Positions 63,832 to 64,000 of a stretch of DNA of 64,000 bases are shown one piece after another (within the stretch, counting starts at the first letter, position 1; each line of letters starts with the position of its first letter). The position numbers and the translations under genes were made by a program. The notes beneath the pieces are model-generated. The model was not told the origin of the DNA, did not search any database, and saw only the letters and a list, made by a program, of their open reading frames with translations. Source of the stretch: Chiloscyllium plagiosum (taxonomy: Eukaryota); assembly GCF_004010195.1 (NCBI RefSeq), contig NC_057719.1, forward strand, positions 6,015,580 through 6,079,579, read 5' to 3'.

Positions 63832-63948
63832 AAAAACAGATGCTGGAAACCAGAGTCTAGATTAGAGTGGTGCTGGAAAAGCACAGCAGGTCAGGCAGCA
63901 TCCAAGGAGCAGGAAAATCAACGTTTCAAGCAAAAGTCCTTCATCAGG
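63832..63948 (-). mobile_element. PLE family A terminal fragment with damaged hammerhead (63920-63947)
   Basis: TSD aatatttttaggt at 63819-63831 and 63949-63961. Confidence 0.88.
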
Positions 63949-64000
63949 AATATTTTTAGGTGTGCCTTCATCCAAGAAATTCAGAATATTCCTTCAGATT

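Overview
Vertebrate genomic DNA, very probably from a shark (inferred from the repeat families: HE1/V-SINE-like, Deu/SacSINE-like, CR1, Penelope-like). It is not prokaryotic. The only host coding sequence I can support is the last coding exon of TTC7B (53691-53912, + strand). It is followed by a repeat-poor, probably about 4.4-kb 3'UTR. Everything upstream appears to be one very long last intron filled with retroelements: an RTE, many CR1/L2/Rex1 fragments, SINEs, and a near full-length L1 (42467-~51085) carrying four younger nested insertions and an internal inversion. The most striking recurring signal is a set of short Penelope-like (GIY-YIG) insertions. They have 9-17 bp target-site duplications and often fold-back ends, and they carry minimal hammerhead-ribozyme cores (CUGANGA-stem II-GAAA-palindrome-NUH) in four sequence variants. 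Other candidates are a frame-preserving 102-nt cassette exon, RFX X-box clusters (one beside an antisense exon-like segment, one beside a GC/TATA box), and a DR5 RARE plus CRE cluster just past the putative gene end. Many repeat boundaries are approximate, and family names come from recognition, not database search.
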